A DNA stretch of 64,000 nucleotides, from the NCBI GenBank assembly GCA_977017645.1, contig OZ360220.1, positions 187,550,001 to 187,614,000 of the forward strand, given 5' to 3'. Within the stretch, counting starts at the first letter, position 1, and every line of letters starts with the position of its first letter. The translations under genes were made by a program, and so were the position numbers. Source of the stretch: Torpedo marmorata. Lineage: Eukaryota. Below the pieces are notes generated by a model. The model had not been told where the DNA came from. It made no database searches and was given only the letters and a program-made list of their open reading frames with translations. Below, one piece after another: positions 61,906 through 64,000 of this stretch.

Positions 61906-62317
61906 CCCATTGACTTAGTTCACGTTTTAAGGAAATATGAGAATATGACTCTTATATGACCGCCACCTTCTCAAGGGTAGTTAATTACCTGCTCCACCTG
62001 TAAAGTCCACATCCCTTGAATTTAAAAAAATAAAACCCCCTTGGCACATCAATGACTGTCAGCAATTGCTACATTACCAAAACATAATTCCATATCATCC
62101 CACTCTCCACATTCAGAGGAAAAGAAACGACGGTGCTGCTGGAGCTGCTGTAATGGCAGCGCTGCCACTGGTATGCACCCGGGAGAACGGAGAGTGGAAG
62201 CACAATGCTGCTCAACAGGATCTTACCACCCAGTCCTAATGCTGATGGATCTGCACCAGCTTTAAGTGGTCTGTTAAAGGAGCCAATGGTGTTTTTTTTT
62301 AAATCCTGCAACCACGG

Positions 62318-62952
62318 GGTCTGTGCCCAAGATGGTGGCACCTATGCTGGGCGGCGTACCACAAGGGGTTGAAGACTCGGGGGAGCAGCGGACCAGCGCA
62401 AGGCACCAGAAATGGAGAGAACACCACCATTGAGAAGGAGAATCATAGGAGACAACCCTACGGGACGGTGACCATGGCAGTGGACCAGCGAGTGGCTCAG
62501 CGGTGAAAGACCCACACAGACGGCGGGCTGTTGGCGATGCGGTCAAAGGAGTCACAAAGGCTGTGGGCTGCTGGAGACTGGCTCATGGGGACCAGGTATC
62601 GGAACCGCGATTCAAGAGGGTGCTGAGAGCAAGAGGGGCTCCTGAAGGGCCTCAGGAGCTGAAAGTTTCCTGATTGTATTGGACGTTTGGATCTGGACCT
62701 CGGGCTGCAGATTGTTTGAAATGGATTCTGTGTGGCTGCAGAGGCTGCAGGAGCACTGGAGGAGGATCCACGGACATTCAGTGTCTCTGAAGGGACCCTC
62801 TTTTGCTTTTCTTTCTCTTATTGTTAGGGGTACCGGGCAATGCTCATGGAAACTCTTTGTTTGCCTTACGGCAGACAAAAGTTGAAGTTTATCATGAACA
62901 TTACATTTTTAATGTATTATTACGTGACAAAAAGAACATTGAACCTTGAACC
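62318..62952 (+). mobile_element. Non-coding, non-tRNA retroposon with Rex1-type tail
   Basis: Starts near caagatggtggc (YY1-like), has a GC-rich body and ends gtgacaaaaagaacattgaaccttgaacc. Confidence 0.6.
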
Positions 62953-63417
62953 AGAGCCCACCTCTCGAAATCCCACTTCTCTGTATGTGACTACCTGCAA
63001 CCCTGAATTTAACTGTCATAATCACCAACTTATTCCTATTCCGATTGCCACACTCATTCACCAGTTCCAAATCTTGCTGTCACACTGACCTACCTACCGC
63101 AGCTCAATTCAAACTACAACACAGTCTTCCCTTAGTCCTAAATCCCCAACTCATCCTCACTACTCAGAGTCCAAAGATTCATAGCCAGTTTGATCTGGCA
63201 CATTCCTAAACAGCATTGCTGCAATCACAAACAAAGTCCAAAACACCACAGCCACGATGCAGTCCTTAGTCAATCAAATTAAGATCCAATCAGTCTACTC
63301 TCAATCATTAGCCAAGTGTCAGAGCTGTTGTCAGGAGTGCCTTCAAGTGGCATAAAGGCAAAAGAGATTGCAGATGCTGGAATCTGGAACAGAAACAGAA
63401 TGCTGGAAAAACTCAGG

Positions 63418-63847
63418 TCAAGATTCAAAATTCAAGATTCCTTTATCGTCGTATATACAAAATACACAACATTTGGTTTCCTTTGTTTGCCCTGTAAATG
63501 CACACGGGGAGGGACCACTAGTCCAATGTCACTATCAAGATGAGAAAGAGAAGCAAAAGAGAGTCCCTTCAGAGACATTGAGTGTCCATGGATCCCATCA
63601 CATCCTCCGATGCTGCCGCTTCCTCTGCTCCCGTAACCTCTGTAGACGCACGGCCTCCTGTCCGTTCCAGCGGTGAACACGAGCTCCAGGCATCCAAGTC
63701 ACCCTCATCAGCCCCTGGTTCTGACCCACCCCCGATATGATTAAGAAGCTGTCAATATTCGAGACCTTTCGGGAGCCCTGCTCACCATCGGCACCCTCAC
63801 AAATCCCAGTCCTGACGCTTGGTTCCCACAAGGCCAGGCAGCATCTT
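63418..63847 (-). mobile_element. Second non-coding retroposon with Rex1-type tail
   Basis: Minus strand starts aagatgctgcc and ends gacgataaaggaatcttgaattttgaatcttg. Confidence 0.5.
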
Positions 63848-64000
63848 AGGAGACAAAAGGTGTAAGTCTTAATGGTGCTAAATGACACAAAGGTGTTAGT
63901 AGCACATGCACACACAGACACACACATACTGTAGTTCCCTTAAATGCCAAGTACAGGTGTTAATAAATATTGTCTGAGTGTAGTAGATCCTTTTCATAAT

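Overview
This is eukaryotic, not prokaryotic, DNA. It is a retroelement-saturated intronic or intergenic stretch, and its repeat repertoire (L1, CR1, Rex1/Babar, Penelope, tRNA-SINEs, Gypsy, ERV) points to a cartilaginous fish, probably a ray (inference). I could not identify an intact host gene; there are only a few exon-like remnants. Main contents: one near-full-length and three 5'-truncated L1s, the latter with clear 15-17 bp TSDs; several Rex1, CR1 and Penelope pieces, often nested three deep; two decayed Gypsy elements plus a solo LTR; and a 61-bp minisatellite. The most interesting signals are: (1) a TSD-bounded two-LTR element (30418-35060) with a tRNA-Ser PBS and an ERV-L/ERV-S-like gag but no pol, i.e. 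a MaLR-like class III ERV derivative; (2) a Gypsy element with no tRNA PBS, whose leader instead pairs over 21 bp with its own LTR across the AATAAA signal (self-priming and/or poly(A) occlusion); (3) an almost intact tRNA-Thr(TGT) fused to a 3' tail that it shares with a different non-tRNA element; (4) minimal hammerhead ribozymes in Penelope repeats; (5) YY1/ETS/NRF1 motif clusters inside the first ORFs of both the L1 and the Gypsy element. Boundaries not fixed by a TSD or LTR end are approximate.
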